Shown piece after piece: positions 1 to 13,873 of a DNA stretch of 51,900 bases. The stretch comes from Calcarisporiella thermophila CBS 279.70 (lineage: Eukaryota; Fungi; Calcarisporiellomycota). The stretch covers positions 154,608 to 206,507 of the forward strand of contig NW_027192200.1 of NCBI RefSeq assembly GCF_041956535.1, read 5' to 3'. The notes under the pieces are model-generated. The model was not told where the DNA came from. It did not search any database and saw nothing but the letters and a program-made list of their open reading frames with translations. Both the position numbers and the translations under genes were made by a program. The stretch's first letter is position 1. Each line of letters opens with the position of its first letter.

Positions 1-57
1 AATGGTTTCCCCCCAAACTACTCTATCACTTTTTTTTTAATTGATGAACCCCCCTTT

Positions 58-253
58 GGGGTGCTTGGCGTCACCTGGAGGTAGTGCGATACCAGGGACA
101 CCGGTGGGCGCGAGGATGGCAAGCCAGAGCCTCGCAACCCGCTGGCCAAAAATCAGTTTGATATCATAGAGCTGGGCTGTGCCCAGCGGAACAGATATCA
201 AGCTGTTCAGAACAGATACTACACTTGATCTTAGCCAATAGGCCTGAGAGGAT
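58..253 (-). ncRNA. U2: U2 spliceosomal snRNA (copy 1)
   Basis: The reverse complement reads ATCCTCTCAGGCCTATTGGCTAAGATCAAGTGTAGTATCTGTTCT, the U2 5' end with the branch-point pairing GTAGTA. Also present: stem IIa GAACAG/CTGTTC, IIc pairing TTGATAT/ATATCAA, Sm site GATTTTTGG and a stem-loop IV loop TATCGCACTA. Length is about 196 nt and the 3' end is approximate. Confidence 0.97.
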
Positions 254-285
254 GTGGAACTAATTCTTGCCAACTTACGGGCATC

Positions 286-330
286 TTTTATACGAAGCAA
301 TTTCACATTAGGTTAGGTTACCATTATGGG
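286..330 (-). promoter_or_regulatory. Putative U2 promoter: TATA box (about -33 to -39) plus upstream element CCCATAATGGTAACCTAACCTAAT (about -54 to -77)
   Basis: The same two motifs occur at the same spacing upstream of the second U2 copy, while the surrounding sequence has diverged. Confidence 0.7.
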
Positions 331-483
331 TCCAGGGTTTTTTATGGATTTTTATGAATATAGTTAGGTCGCCTTTTATGAATATTGACATTACTAGGAC
401 CTCTGAAATTCTTCGTGTTTCCATCATATAGATTTACGGAAATCTAGTCGGTGTATTTATTTTTTCTTAGTTTATGCACAATA

Positions 484-2360
484 ATGCCCACTGCCTCGAT
501 CCCAACCATCCCTTTACGTCCAGATCGGTCTCTTCTCAATCCTAATTTTGACGGATACCGATTACGCCCTTTTCCGGACAACCTCGTTATACGAAATTCA
601 CTTCCTACGCCATTACAAGTTCCCCGCCTCTCTTCCGCTGCCAGACTTTCATACCGTCAGCTTCATAGCCGTGTTCACTTTAATCATTTGTCAAATGGAG
701 CTTTCGAAAGAAAATCCTATTATGTGGATAGTACGAATAATGTGATATGTGTGGAATTCAACGAAGTAATTAACAATACTCCTATTTTAATCTAAACCAT
801 ACGAAATTGATGTATCTCTTATTTTGTTTTTTATAGGAGAGTAAATTATTCAAGTTTCATAAAATTTTTACTCTAAGCGATCCCGAATTGCCACCTGAAC
901 AACGCGAATATCCTTGTATCAAAGCACTGGACCGCGAAACAATCTTAGTTTCCGATGGATGCGGAACGATACACCTAGTTCGGATTGCGAGTGATGAACC
1001 AGCTACTGATAGTTTGCTTGGTAGCTGTATTTACACATCTAGCATGCCTCGTCCATGTATGCTCCTGGATGCAAAAAGAGCGAATGACCGTATATTGTGC
1101 CTTGTATGCTACATAGTTGCCACTGAGGACTTGACAAAAGAAGAAGAGGCAGAGGAACATGAACAGGAATTGAATAAGACCAAAGCTTACGCAAGCTTGG
1201 ATGTGCACCGCCCCCATTTCAATGTTGCTTTGGTCGAGATCCCTACTATGGCTGATGGCTCTTTAATGGAATTGCGAGAATTACATTTGCTCCGTGGAAT
1301 AGATATCCCTCTATATGCAGCAATTGCTCCTAGTGGATCAGGTTATATGATTGGTGCCGAGGGTGAATTCAAACTGCATGACCTTTTCCACGAGAAACAG
1401 AAGCAAGAGAAGAGTGCGGAATCAACAATAATTTATTCTTGGAACCAAACAACATCCGATCTAACAGTATCCATTCGCCTGCCTCCTGGCACTCCAACTT
1501 CAGCTATCCAATGTGTTATTGAGCGCAATCACATCCGTGTTCATGTTCCTCAGCTGGAATTTGATTCGCAGCTATATGATCTTATCAATCCTGATGGATC
1601 TCTTTGGACTTATGAGCGGAATGAGCTCTCACTTCATCTACAGAAGCACCACACCGGTAACCGCTGGCCGCACCTACTTGCACATGACGATGGTGTGTTA
1701 GAGCAATTAGATCCCAGTGAAGTGGTTGAAATAAGCGAATCTCTTGAGAAATTTACATCTGGGTTTGGAAACAGCGTATTAGGAGAAGAGATAGATGACG
1801 AACTGGATACTGGACGTGTGGGCGAAGACATAACATTTGCCTGGTACGATAACAGCGGAAAATGTAGTGCTACTATCAAGCCGCAGAATCATAACTGGTT
1901 GTGCACGTCATTTACCAATTATTCTTACCCTGACTGGCTTCCCTCGATATGTTTGCGATCAGATGTCGATGGCCTCATATACACATTTTCTCCTGCTCAG
2001 TCTACTAGCTCTTCCATTTCTTCCTCCTCTTTCGAAATGCAACCTCTCCCGTTCAACATTCATCACACAGCCACTTTTGATGCACTTGCTTTTATACAAA
2101 GCTCTAAGCGTGAGAAACGATTTATGCATCATGATACTCAGGGAAAGTTAGCAATGATCATTGAAGGCACCCATAATGCATATATCTACTGGGGACGCAA
2201 GGAAGATCAACGGCCGCAATGGCTGCCTCAAAGTATTATCGACCTCACGTATGGTGTGTGTGATGTCCTTGGAGTGCAGATGGTTGCTGAAGGATGGGTC
2301 GTCGTACTCACAGAACTCGAAGCGATTGCTATAAAAGTAAATGAGCCGCCAAGTGAATAG
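484..2360 (+). CDS. NudC domain-containing protein 1-like (CS/p23 domain), 2 exons (484-765, 837-2360)
   Basis: N-terminus LRPDRSLLNPNFDGYRL, CS-domain motif YSWNQTTSDLTVSI...W...L.L.K...RWP, and HTATFDALAFIQSSKREKRF are typical of NUDCD1. The GT-AG intron 766-836 preserves frame. Confidence 0.85.
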
Positions 2361-3154
2361 CTACTCTTTCGTATATTTTATTTTTCATCTTGACTCCAAC
2401 ATGTAATCATATTCAAAAAAAAATGGGCAACCATAAATAAAATGCATTGTATAGGATTGGCATGCTATTTTCCTAGTGTTATCATTCTGAAGAGACACGA
2501 CTTGCCTCTATCTCAAGAGAAACAGAAATATCATAACCGCATCCAAAAGTACTATTAGCCGAATCAATATGTGCAAACATGTCTACAAATCATGCAGCAC
2601 GCTGTAATTACTATAAGCGTGAAACTTAATCGCCTCATAATTTTTTCCAGACTTTAAAGCGGAAAAGCGAAATTATCACGCTCTTTACAATGAGAACTCG
2701 GCCTTTTTTAAAACCCCAATCGATCTTATTATTAAATTACTACTGGAAATGTGCTGAGATAACTTAATTAGCCTACAAATTAATAAAATTTTCTACTTAA
2801 CCTCAGCACAGCTTTCTCCAAAGCCGAATATTTATCCTGTATTTTATATCTCATGGTAGACTGGATACATTAATTTTCATTACCTACGTATTGTCGTTAG
2901 CTCTCCTATGTGCAGTACTTGAGAGATGCAATATTTCATAATAATGAATTTTAGAATAAGATTCTTTGAAAATGGCTCGTTGGTAGTGATCATCATCGAT
3001 TTAATAACTAGCCAAATCGGTTCGGAGAATATCCGCTCGAAGAAATCGTAAAATTTATAACCTAACCTCAATACCATTCCAAATGCATATTAATTTGAAA
3101 TGTTGATCATCGTTATTAATCAGGTTTTCCAGTTAGTGCGAACTCTGAAAAGAA

Positions 3155-5611
3155 ATGAGATCTAACATGCTGTATTTATGTGCATGGTGGATCGCCACGC
3201 TCTTGCTATCCGCGGGCAGAGTCATAGGTAATTGTTCTTTAACATCGGTTACCTAAAAGCACCCTTTTCATTTCCACCGAATGGTTCCATTCGTCCTTAT
3301 AAACTCAGGATAATTAACTCCATTTTATAAAATGATAACTTTGTAAATAAATAGGAGGTGAAGCGAGCAGCGACTATTTGGTGCGCAATCTACCTGGACT
3401 ACCACAACATACTAAACTGACACAGTATGCAGGGTACTTATTATATTCCATGATTTTGATGTTAAACTTGTTCTAAAGCTAATAACCAATTTTTATACCT
3501 GCATCTCATGAAGTCATGTAGAGATAAATTCAAAAACAAATTCAAATATTTTTTTCTGGCTCTTTGAAAGACTCATCAAAACGGAAAAAGACAAGCTAGT
3601 GAGTCTCATTCAAACGGTGATAAACTATGCAAATTTATCTAACGATGCCACTTGCTTTCTCTAGGTTATATGGCTAAACGGAGGTAGGAAAATAAGGAGA
3701 TAATTTTTGGAGTGTACAGTTAAAATCTATATCCTTCTCTATTGTATTTTTATTAGGCCCCGGCTGGTGTGTTTGCTTAATACTATCTTGATATTCTAAC
3801 CTAGTGCTAACTGTTTTCTTTATTCTTTATTCATTCAAATAGCTCAAGGTAAATGATTATTGAACTATCACCGCTTAATGGCAGTTTTCTTATTCTCTAA
3901 AAACATCTTTTCAATACAGTGAGGACGGAGTATTTTTAGAAAATGGTCCTTTTCGTATTAAGCCCGATCTTACACTTGCAATAAACAGCGGCGCCTGGAA
4001 TAAATATGCCACAGTCCTTTTTGGTAACATTAACATTATCTACAGTTTAGGGGTGGTAGATTTTCTGACGAGAACACTTTTTCCTAGTCGATCAACCTCC
4101 CGGTACAGGTCTAAGTTACGCTGATACAAACCACTATGCAAAGAGCATTGATGAGGTGAATAAGTTTGGACCTGGATTTTCGCCCAAATATCAACAATAT
4201 ATTTCCAATAGGTCGTAGACAAATTTATGGTCTTCCTTGACAAGTTCTTTGATATGTTCCCGAAATATAAAAAAAGCGAGGTAATATACATCAGATTAAC
4301 TTTGAGTTCGGCTCATATTAACTGCTCCCACTTGATCCAGCTTTATATCACAGGGGAGAGTTATGCTGGAATTTATATCCCTTATTTCACCACGGAAATT
4401 CTGAAGCGCAATAAATACAATCTTCAAGCGATTGCTATAGGAAATCCCTGGATGGATCCTTGGCATCAGGTTGGTTTATAATATATGTTCTCGGAGGAGT
4501 TGAGAGTTACAACTTATCCTCGTACTATATAGTATCAAGCTTATTACACGTTCAGCGTCGATAAAGGGCTTTTGAAAGGAGAAGCTAAGGTTTTATAGCT
4601 CCGCATTTGACTAACACATCTATTTCTCTAACTCTGGATGATTGCCATTGTTATTTAAGAACGAGGTGAAAAAAATCCTAGATGCTTGCATGGAAAAACA
4701 GCAAAAGGAAGGCATAAAGATCCATACAGATTCGTGCGAGGAAATTCTCCACAAAATCTTAAATTATTCGATCATTGAGTAGGCTATTTTATATCCTTTG
4801 GTTTTTATTTTCATCCTCTTACAACCAATTCCATTCGTTTAAGGGAAGGAAATCAAAAGACGTGCATAAATGAATACGATATCCGCGGAAGGGACACATA
4901 TCCAAGTTGCGGCATGAACTGGCCATTTGAATTGGCTAACATTACAAAATATTTGCAGCGGCCGGATGTTCTTGAGGCAGTCCATGCGACCGGAAAGACC
5001 GCAGGATGGGTCGAGTGTGCGAAACTTGTAAGCAAGAACTTGAAAGATGATGGGTCGTCTCCTTCAGTGACACTCCTCTCGAACATCTTGAAGCATATTC
5101 CAGTGATGATCTATAGGTAAATACCTATAGAAACAAGGCCTTTTGATTTTTTTAGTTTGATGGCTTAATGGCTGAAATATATTGTAGCGGAGACCAAGAT
5201 CTTATCTGCAATCACTATGGCACAGACTATATGATAGCCAATCTTACGTGGAATGGTGGTGTAGGGATGGATTCGCAACCCAGCCCATGGTACATAAATG
5301 GCAAGAAGGCTGGCACTATCCAAACCTCGAGGAATTTGACCTATGCTATCGTGTATGATGCATCGCATATGGTTCCGTATGATAAGCCAGATGAAATGCT
5401 TGACCTTATTAACCAATTCATGGGAATACGAGCCGGAGCTAAAGTAATGACAGAGCGGTTAATGGAGAGAAGAAGATGGGAAGAGCAATACGACACAGTG
5501 TCTCTGCTCATAATAGCGGGAAGCATAAGCGCGGTGGTAATAATGTTATGGTTTTTAAAGGCAAAGAAAAGGGTAAATCAATACAAAACGGCTTATGAAA
5601 CTGAGTGGTAA
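3155..5611 (+). CDS. KEX1: Kex1-like membrane-anchored serine carboxypeptidase (peptidase S10), many short exons
   Basis: Signal peptide MRSNMLYLCAWWIATLLLS; spliced [10 protein letters not shown]...ENGPF; VDQP; catalytic GESYAG, GDQDLIC and ASHMVPYD; C-terminal TM segment with a short cytosolic tail. Confidence 0.88.
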
Positions 5612-5976
5612 GGCAGCTGTTTACAAATTAATAATGGGACTGAAGTATACTTCAATCTCATTATTAAACAACATTTTAAAAGCATTAGCTAACCAGTATG
5701 GGTAATTCTGTAGGCTGCATCCGGACATTGAAAAGCCCATCCTCGCCACGAAATAATATTTAATGCCCCGTTTCTTTTTTACCTCTTAACAATCCTGAGA
5801 AACTGTGATTTTTCCAGACATTAGACTTTAATTGGACTTTTAGAAGTGTTTGAACCGTTTAATTACGCAGAATAATAAACATAATTATAAATATACATGA
5901 ATGGGTTGTAAAAGTGTTCGGGGGTTGGGAATGTGTATATGAAGAGTGAAAAGTTTAAACACTTGAAATCAGCAAA

Positions 5977-8900
5977 CTAAGGATTCGTATTGGATCTGCT
6001 CGAACCCAGGTGCCTCGATCTTCGACGATCTGGGTGATGGAAATAGGTGCGCTGTGATTGATATGAAGTGGATGGTGTGCTACCACTTGTTTTTCGTGAC
6101 AGGCTTCGCTCTCTGTCCCATGAGCCACTTCCCAAGAAAGACCCCTCCGACTGATCGCGCTGCTGCCTTTCTTCATCTTCTTCATCACTGTAGTCTTCCT
6201 CTAACTCCTCAACTATCACCTCTTCACCCTCTTCTTCCTCGGCATCCACCCCACAATTTGTAGTTATTACCTCTACCTGATCTGGGTGGCCCCTGTCGAG
6301 AGCATTTCCCGTCTGCTCATCCCTTATCCCATTCATGCTGCCGTCCACCTCACCCTCGCCTTCAATCCTAAGCGGTACCACCAATTTCGCCATTCGAGGT
6401 CCACCAACGAGAGAACTTCCGGCATTCACCGACCCAGAAATCGGCGAATATTCATCCTTGGTAGCTTTTTCGGGAAGCCATAGTGTTGGAAGTATGCCGG
6501 TAAGCGCAGGCTCCGCATACCGTCTCATCCCAGTATTTAGGACGCCGTAATTCAGACTCATGCATGGTTGGCTGAAATTCGTCTTGCGCAAAGGAGTAGC
6601 CTCGTACTCATCCTCATCCAATATGTGGCGCCTTTTCTTCGCAACTTTCTTTTTTCGAGCGCGGTAACTCCCAGGGCTGGACACAATGCTGCTAGACTTC
6701 AGCATCTTCCCCTTGATCGATTTAATGACTTCACTCATTTTCTTGTCAAGGCTTCCTCCAATCGACATGGATGGTAGCGTCTCGTTATACTCCTCCACCG
6801 ACAAATCTTCATAGGTCCGAACCAACTCCAGCGGCAAAAAGTACATATTGACTCGAAACCCCTTGATCACATAATATTGGTATATGAAGGTCAGAAAGAT
6901 GACCGGGATGAGCGCGCCACTGAGCGCGAAGCTTCGCTTGAGAAGGAATAGCCCAAGCATCGTTAGCTGGAAAATCACCAGGCCAACGATGATACGATTG
7001 AAAAGTCTTGGCCAGATTGTGCCTCCCGATTCGTAGGGGTGAAAGAACACTTGAAAAGAGTCGAAAAAAAAACGTTAATATAAAGCACTCTCCAAGTTAA
7101 GATGGTACTATGCTTACAATAGAGTAGTTGGTACTTGTGTACGATGAAGCCGATCCCAAAGTATACCATTCCAAAGAGCAAAATGAGGGGTGAGATGGTT
7201 GAATAGGTCAGTACGATAATGAAAATGAAGAGTGATTGCGGGTAGATCCACCCATAGTTCACAAGCGGTGGTGTATATGACTCAGCATAATCACGAGGGG
7301 TTGAACACAGGAATAGGCGTGTAAAGCCACTCAGAATCATGAGCCCAACTTGGAGTAGCTGCAGAGGGTAGAGTGCAATACCCTGCAAGATCGTATAGTT
7401 GATAAAGAAAACCGACACCAACGGAAGCTTTTTTGCCAAAATTTGCGGGATTTGGGTGGTATCCTTGAGGATATCCTGAAGCGCTTTCCAAGAGAGGGAA
7501 GAAATGGTGAAGACCAGGAACAAATTGAATATGTAGAAGATGAAAAGTCTAGGTTGATCATAGAAATGACGTTAGTTCAGATAAGGATGACCTGATTTTC
7601 AGTAAGTTCCAATTGACTTTCGGACTTACTTGCTAAATGTCGATTCTTCAATTTTGCTCCTAGAACGGATTCCTTGGATCACACTTAACCCTAGTAACAG
7701 TTATACGCATTCAGGCGGAGTTTTTGCTAGTTATGGAGGGATAAATGCCAACTTACCATCAAACATCAACGGCAATATCGCGAAGAAGATAACAACACCG
7801 ATGGTTGGGATAAAACCCATAATTATACTTTGGAGGATAAAATTCAATTCTGCCAATTTTTTGAACCCTGGAATATATTTATCCAGAGTGTCGGGGCTAG
7901 TAAGCGTCGCGATCTAAATGAACAAGGTTAGCTAAGGTTGTCCACCATACGTCCAAATTTTTTCAATTGAAATAAAATGGTATTTACCGCAGACAATGGT
8001 AGAGTGTAGAACAACACTATCAGTATAACAACGACCCAAACTAAGATCCACCTCAACAAGATTTCGCGCCCTTGAATATTGACGTTGGGCCAGTAGATAT
8101 CTCGGGGTTCGGGGGCAAGGCTTGTGCGACACGTGAACGGCTTTGGGTTGTTGAGCGTCTGGGCCACAATCATTGCACTTGACATTTTTTCAAACGTGAC
8201 AAAGCCTACAGAAGTAGTCTCATAGTTGTCTTCCTGACGGCCGCCCTCGACTAGCTGATCATACTTTAGAAATTTTTCGCGATAATAGTTAATCGCATCG
8301 ACCTTATTGCCAAATATATGCCAAAGCCCGTCGCGGATGGTTGGGCGATCGCCTTTCTCGACCAATTGGCTGACCATCAAACCATCCTGTATTGGTGTCG
8401 AGTGTTCTGCAGCCAATCGCTCGTATAAAAGGATCGACTCAGGATTGTAATCCGGTAGTTCACAAGGATTCCCTAGCATCTTAGTGTAAGCCCATTCCAG
8501 CGCTCGCAAGTATTTGGCGCGCTTCTCCACATGCTTCTTCAAAGTATTGACTTTGCGGCACACATGAGCACTTTCGACGTTGCCAGCACCTAGACCCTCA
8601 AAGTACTCGGCGAGTGCACGATCGGATCGAAGCACTAGTGGTATCCCAGTCACCATCACGGTTCGCGCAGGAATTGTCTTAGCATGGCGAATTAAATGTT
8701 TACGTCGCAGTTTGATAACATGCTTGTAATTTCGTAAAATCAAGTAGAACGTTGTGAACGAGAATATATAGGTGAAAAACAAATAGGCGACGAGATAAGG
8801 AGATCCATCGGGGATGTTGGTGATTGACATTTCATCGATGGCGGATTTACCAGATCCGACGATAGTTAATGGAATAAGTACAAAAACACCGAAAAAGCAG

Positions 8901-9419
8901 CACATGGCGAAGAGATAGAAGGCCATCTTATAGAAGGAGAGCAGCTATGCATTATAGAAATAAGCGCATAAGATACGAGGCAAGAATGGCGTGTAGTTTT
9001 AATAGCCTTACCACCACCGCATCCAATCCGACCTTTTCTAATACTGTAGACTCCGAAATTTTAATGAGTGGCCAGACCCATCCAAAGAAGGTGGAAGGCA
9101 GCGGTTTGGGCGCATGATTGCGCATGTTCAGTCGAGGTGCAAACATGGATGGCCATCTATAATAGTGAAAAAGAAAAGGGTTAAGTTAAATACATCGAAT
9201 AAACATACATAATAACCATTGTTACTTTGTGCGTAAAAAACAGAAAATGAGAAAACTGGAGAGACCTACGACGGAGGAGATTGCTAGCTGCGTGTAAATG
9301 GGGCCTTGCCTATGCGCATTATACGTGGGCGATCCGGGCACAGCATCACCGGGGGAATGCGAAGGGGTGCTGTTATCATTACCTGTCTGGCGTGGAAGAA
9401 GGTTAGTAATATCGTCCAT
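5977..9419 (-). CDS. OSCA/TMEM63 (Csc1/Phm7/Rsn1-family) calcium-permeable stress-gated channel, multi-exon
   Basis: Motifs FAPRL...GLDAVV, ARTVMVTGIP, GFVTF...APEPRDIYWPN, FFINY, YSTISPLIL...KYQLLY and ESGG..WP, followed by an acidic C-terminal tail. Confidence 0.92.
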
Positions 9420-10051
9420 CTCACAAGGACGAGCTGATATATTAAAGGAGTTATTCCCAGATCAAGGCGACAATTTGAAGCTGAAAAAACGATCGTACTA
9501 TATGGAAAAAAGCCCTTTTCTCAGTAGAACTTAAAACGTACGCCAAAGTAATCAGTGATATCACCTTTGCGTTCACAATCGTATTTCGAGAAAATTCCCC
9601 GATTTATCAACTGATTTGACATAGCATCCCTAATGTCACGCATTAGGACTTGAAAACCCTTTGCCGCTGTAGGAGCAGGGTTGTACTTTATCACGCTGTA
9701 GAGCTAACCCTTTCCCCATTAAATCGAAAAGTCCAATAGTAAGCATTTTCATTTGTATATTGATTTCAAACATTTTTGTTAAATGTGCTGCTTTATAAAA
9801 GTCAATCATCGGGTCAGTATTTCTCATATAAATATATGCTTATCACTATATTTATGCCTAGGCATAGTAAGACACACTCATTCTCGAATTCAGTGTTCTC
9901 ATACCTTTATTTCCCGTGTACAAATATCAGACTTACCATAATGTCTATGCGTTAAATATAAATAGGAGAGAAAATAAGAATACTTGCGGTTGAATGAAAA
10001 AAATACAATGAACATGTGAAAAGAAATAAAACTAGCATCGGACAAGATGAC

Positions 10052-11780
10052 TTAAGCACCGTCGCCCTTTATAGCCTGTACAACCATAAATACATTTAGA
10101 CCGATAATAATCACACTTGCTATCCCTCCCAACACAGTAAGCCATAAAGGATTGGCGAAATTGATAAGATCGCTGGTTTTGGCTTGCTTGTAATTCCCAT
10201 CCTCTTCCGATGGATCTATCACCGTCGACTCAACGGTGCTTTCACAACATTTCGCGTTACCCAAGTCATCGACGTGAGCCTCTTTCTCCTCCACGACTTT
10301 CTCTCCAATTGCATCTTCTGCACCCTCGACGATCGTTATGGCGTTGTGCCTATTGACCCGCACAGTCATAACGCGAGGCATCGCACAGAGAGCGACGAGT
10401 GGCACCATGGCAAAAGGCAATTGAATGCTAAGGGCAACCTGACTGGCAACAAGCAGATCATTCAAACCATCCGAGCCTCGCGCAATTGCCACAATCATAG
10501 CGGGAATGATCGCCAAGGCGCGGGTGACTATTCTCCGTAGCCAAGGCCTGACGGTCATTCCGATAAAGCCAGACATCACCACTTGACCAGCAAGGGTAGC
10601 TGTCAGTGTACTGGATTGACCTGCAATCTAATAGAAGTGCAATTTTGGTGAGAAAATGAGAAGGTCGGCGAAAACTATGCTCAAAGATGGGATCCTTACC
10701 AACAGAGCGAAAGCAAAACAGAATCCTGCTGCCTTGCCCAAAGTAGAAGATAGAAGAGCGTGGGCATCAAAGAGTGATGCAACGCTCTCAGGTGGTTTCC
10801 CACCATAGAAAAATGCGGCGCCTGCAACGATTAAGATGGCAGAGTTGACGAAGAGAGCTACGGTGAGGGCGAGGACAGTATCGATGACAGACATTTTGAT
10901 TGTACTGCGGATAACCCTGGTAAGAGTGTTTGAGTTCGAATGCCCATGGAGGTGCGAGGGATCAGTCGCCTCAGCCTGAACTCGGTTTTTATGAGCACGG
11001 ATTTGCACAAGATGGGAATGCAGATAGAGGTTGTGTGGCATCACCGTTGCTCCGATGATCCCGATAGCAACATATAGCATCGAAGGGTTGGTCACCAGGT
11101 CTTTCGAGGGTAGATAGCCGGCCATGACATCGGCCCCATTTGGTTTTGCATAAACAAGCTGGATGATGAAACAGATGGCAACCGTCGAGACTAGCACCAT
11201 CACGGTCACTTCTAGGATCCTAGCGGCGCGCATTGTGCCCTCACGATAAAAAAGCAGTATGATAAGAACATCCACACCCGTGATAGCAACGCCAATGGGT
11301 AAAGACAACCCTGTTAGCAGATTGAGCGCGATAGCTGAACCGATTACCTCGGCTAAATCAGTAGCAATGATAGCACCTTCAGCAAGCACGTAAAGGCCCC
11401 AGTTGACCCATTTGGGGAAGTAATGACGACAATTTTGTGCCAAATCACGCTCCGTAACAACGCCCATCCGTACTGTGATGGATTGTAACATTACGGCCAC
11501 GATGTTGGCGAGCAGTATAACAAATAAGAGTTTATAGCCAAACTCGGATCCTCCTGCCAAGTCAGTAGCCCAGTTTCCTGGATCCTTACAAGTGAACAGA
11601 AACATCAATTAAAAGATTTCGATCGATAGGGTGATGTCGATGACTTACCAGATATCCAACTGCTATAACATAGCCGGGTCCGACATAAGATAGAAACGTT
11701 CTGAGGCCTCTAAACATTTTGCCCGTGCTCCCCTTCCAATCCATTCCTCGAGCAAAAATATTCCGTGGTGTCAGGGTCAT
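10052..11780 (-). CDS. NRAMP-family divalent metal (Mn/Fe) transporter, Smf-like, 3 exons
   Basis: GPG...AVGYL|DPGNWATD, GATVMPHNLYLHS, QSST.T.TLAGQVVMSGF, and SQVALSIQLPFA. Confidence 0.95.
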
Positions 11781-12436
11781 AAGAGCCGATAATTGCAGCA
11801 GAATGAATGACAAACAAACAAACAAATCTCAGGTAGTGGGAAAGTGCGGGGAAGAGCGTTGAGGGTTAGTAAGCAAGCGAATAATGCTTTGTTGCTGAAA
11901 GTGCTTTTTTAGCCAACAATATTGACTTCTCTGGCAAGTTAACCCTCGATTCTTCATAAGGCCTCGGGGGTTGCAGCACCCCTTTTCGAACAATGATCGG
12001 TCGTTTTAATTTGGCCAATATGAGTCGAAGAAATTCTTCAGGCAATCGGCATCGTGATAGGTCCAAGTGCTATGAGCTTCTTAAACCAGTTTCGTTCTGT
12101 ATGCCATTTGGATCAATAGGCGGACGTTCTCTTACCTGGCGCACAGATCAGGTAAGACACATGCACCCTGAAACCCTCTGCTAGATGCCGATGCTGTGCC
12201 TCATGTTTTGTCGAGGGCAGCTTGCCAATGTTCAATTCCCGACTCCACTGTGCCTGACTCCTTTCGGCATCATTCAGTCGCTTAGTCTCCATCTTGAAGG
12301 GACGTAAAGAAGGGGAAGGAGAGCTTGTTAGTTAAAAGACCCCGTTCAATAGCACTATTCGTTCCATCTCATAAACCAACGAGTGTCAATCGGAGCCAAA
12401 CGAGACTAGAGCGGACCCCGTGTCATCATCCCAGCC

Positions 12437-13472
<1,036 letters not shown>

Positions 13473-13873
13473 TATTTGGTTACTTTATAATGGTTTAAGC
13501 TTTTACTACAGTTTATTTTCTGGAGAATTTCCAATAATAAAACCCCTCCCCCAAAATTTTTCTTTTTTTTTCACGCTTCTTATGTATGGATTTATACATA
13601 GAACTTACCACTCCGCCTTTCTACTGCATCTCTCCCTTTTTTTCAAAAACAGCTAAAAATAAACCTTTTTATTTCCTTTAAACTAAAAATTTTCTCAAAG
13701 GGAAAAAGAAAGAAAAAAATTAAAAAGTATGAAGTACTATTATATTAAGTTTAGATAGACCTTAAAGAATGGATCAGAGGTGCAAAAGTGAAGAGTCGAA
13801 GGGAGATAATATGAAAAACAAAGAGAATATAGAAAACCGTTTGGTACTTATTTTATCTCTGTGGCTTTAATGT

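Noticed and set aside
37-306. Duplicated ORFs (37-306 and 30997-31206) sharing ISVPLGTAQLYDIKLIFG...
   Set aside because: These are chance translations of the U2 snRNA genes; similarity is confined to the RNA and its immediate flanks.
307-320. TTAGGTTAGGTTA as telomeric or interstitial telomere repeat
   Set aside because: It is only about 2.5 units and sits at a fixed position upstream of both U2 genes, so it is better explained as a promoter element.
4791-4800. ATATCCTTT as a U12-type 5' splice site
   Set aside because: It lies inside an ordinary GT-AG intron whose splicing already gives the correct reading frame.
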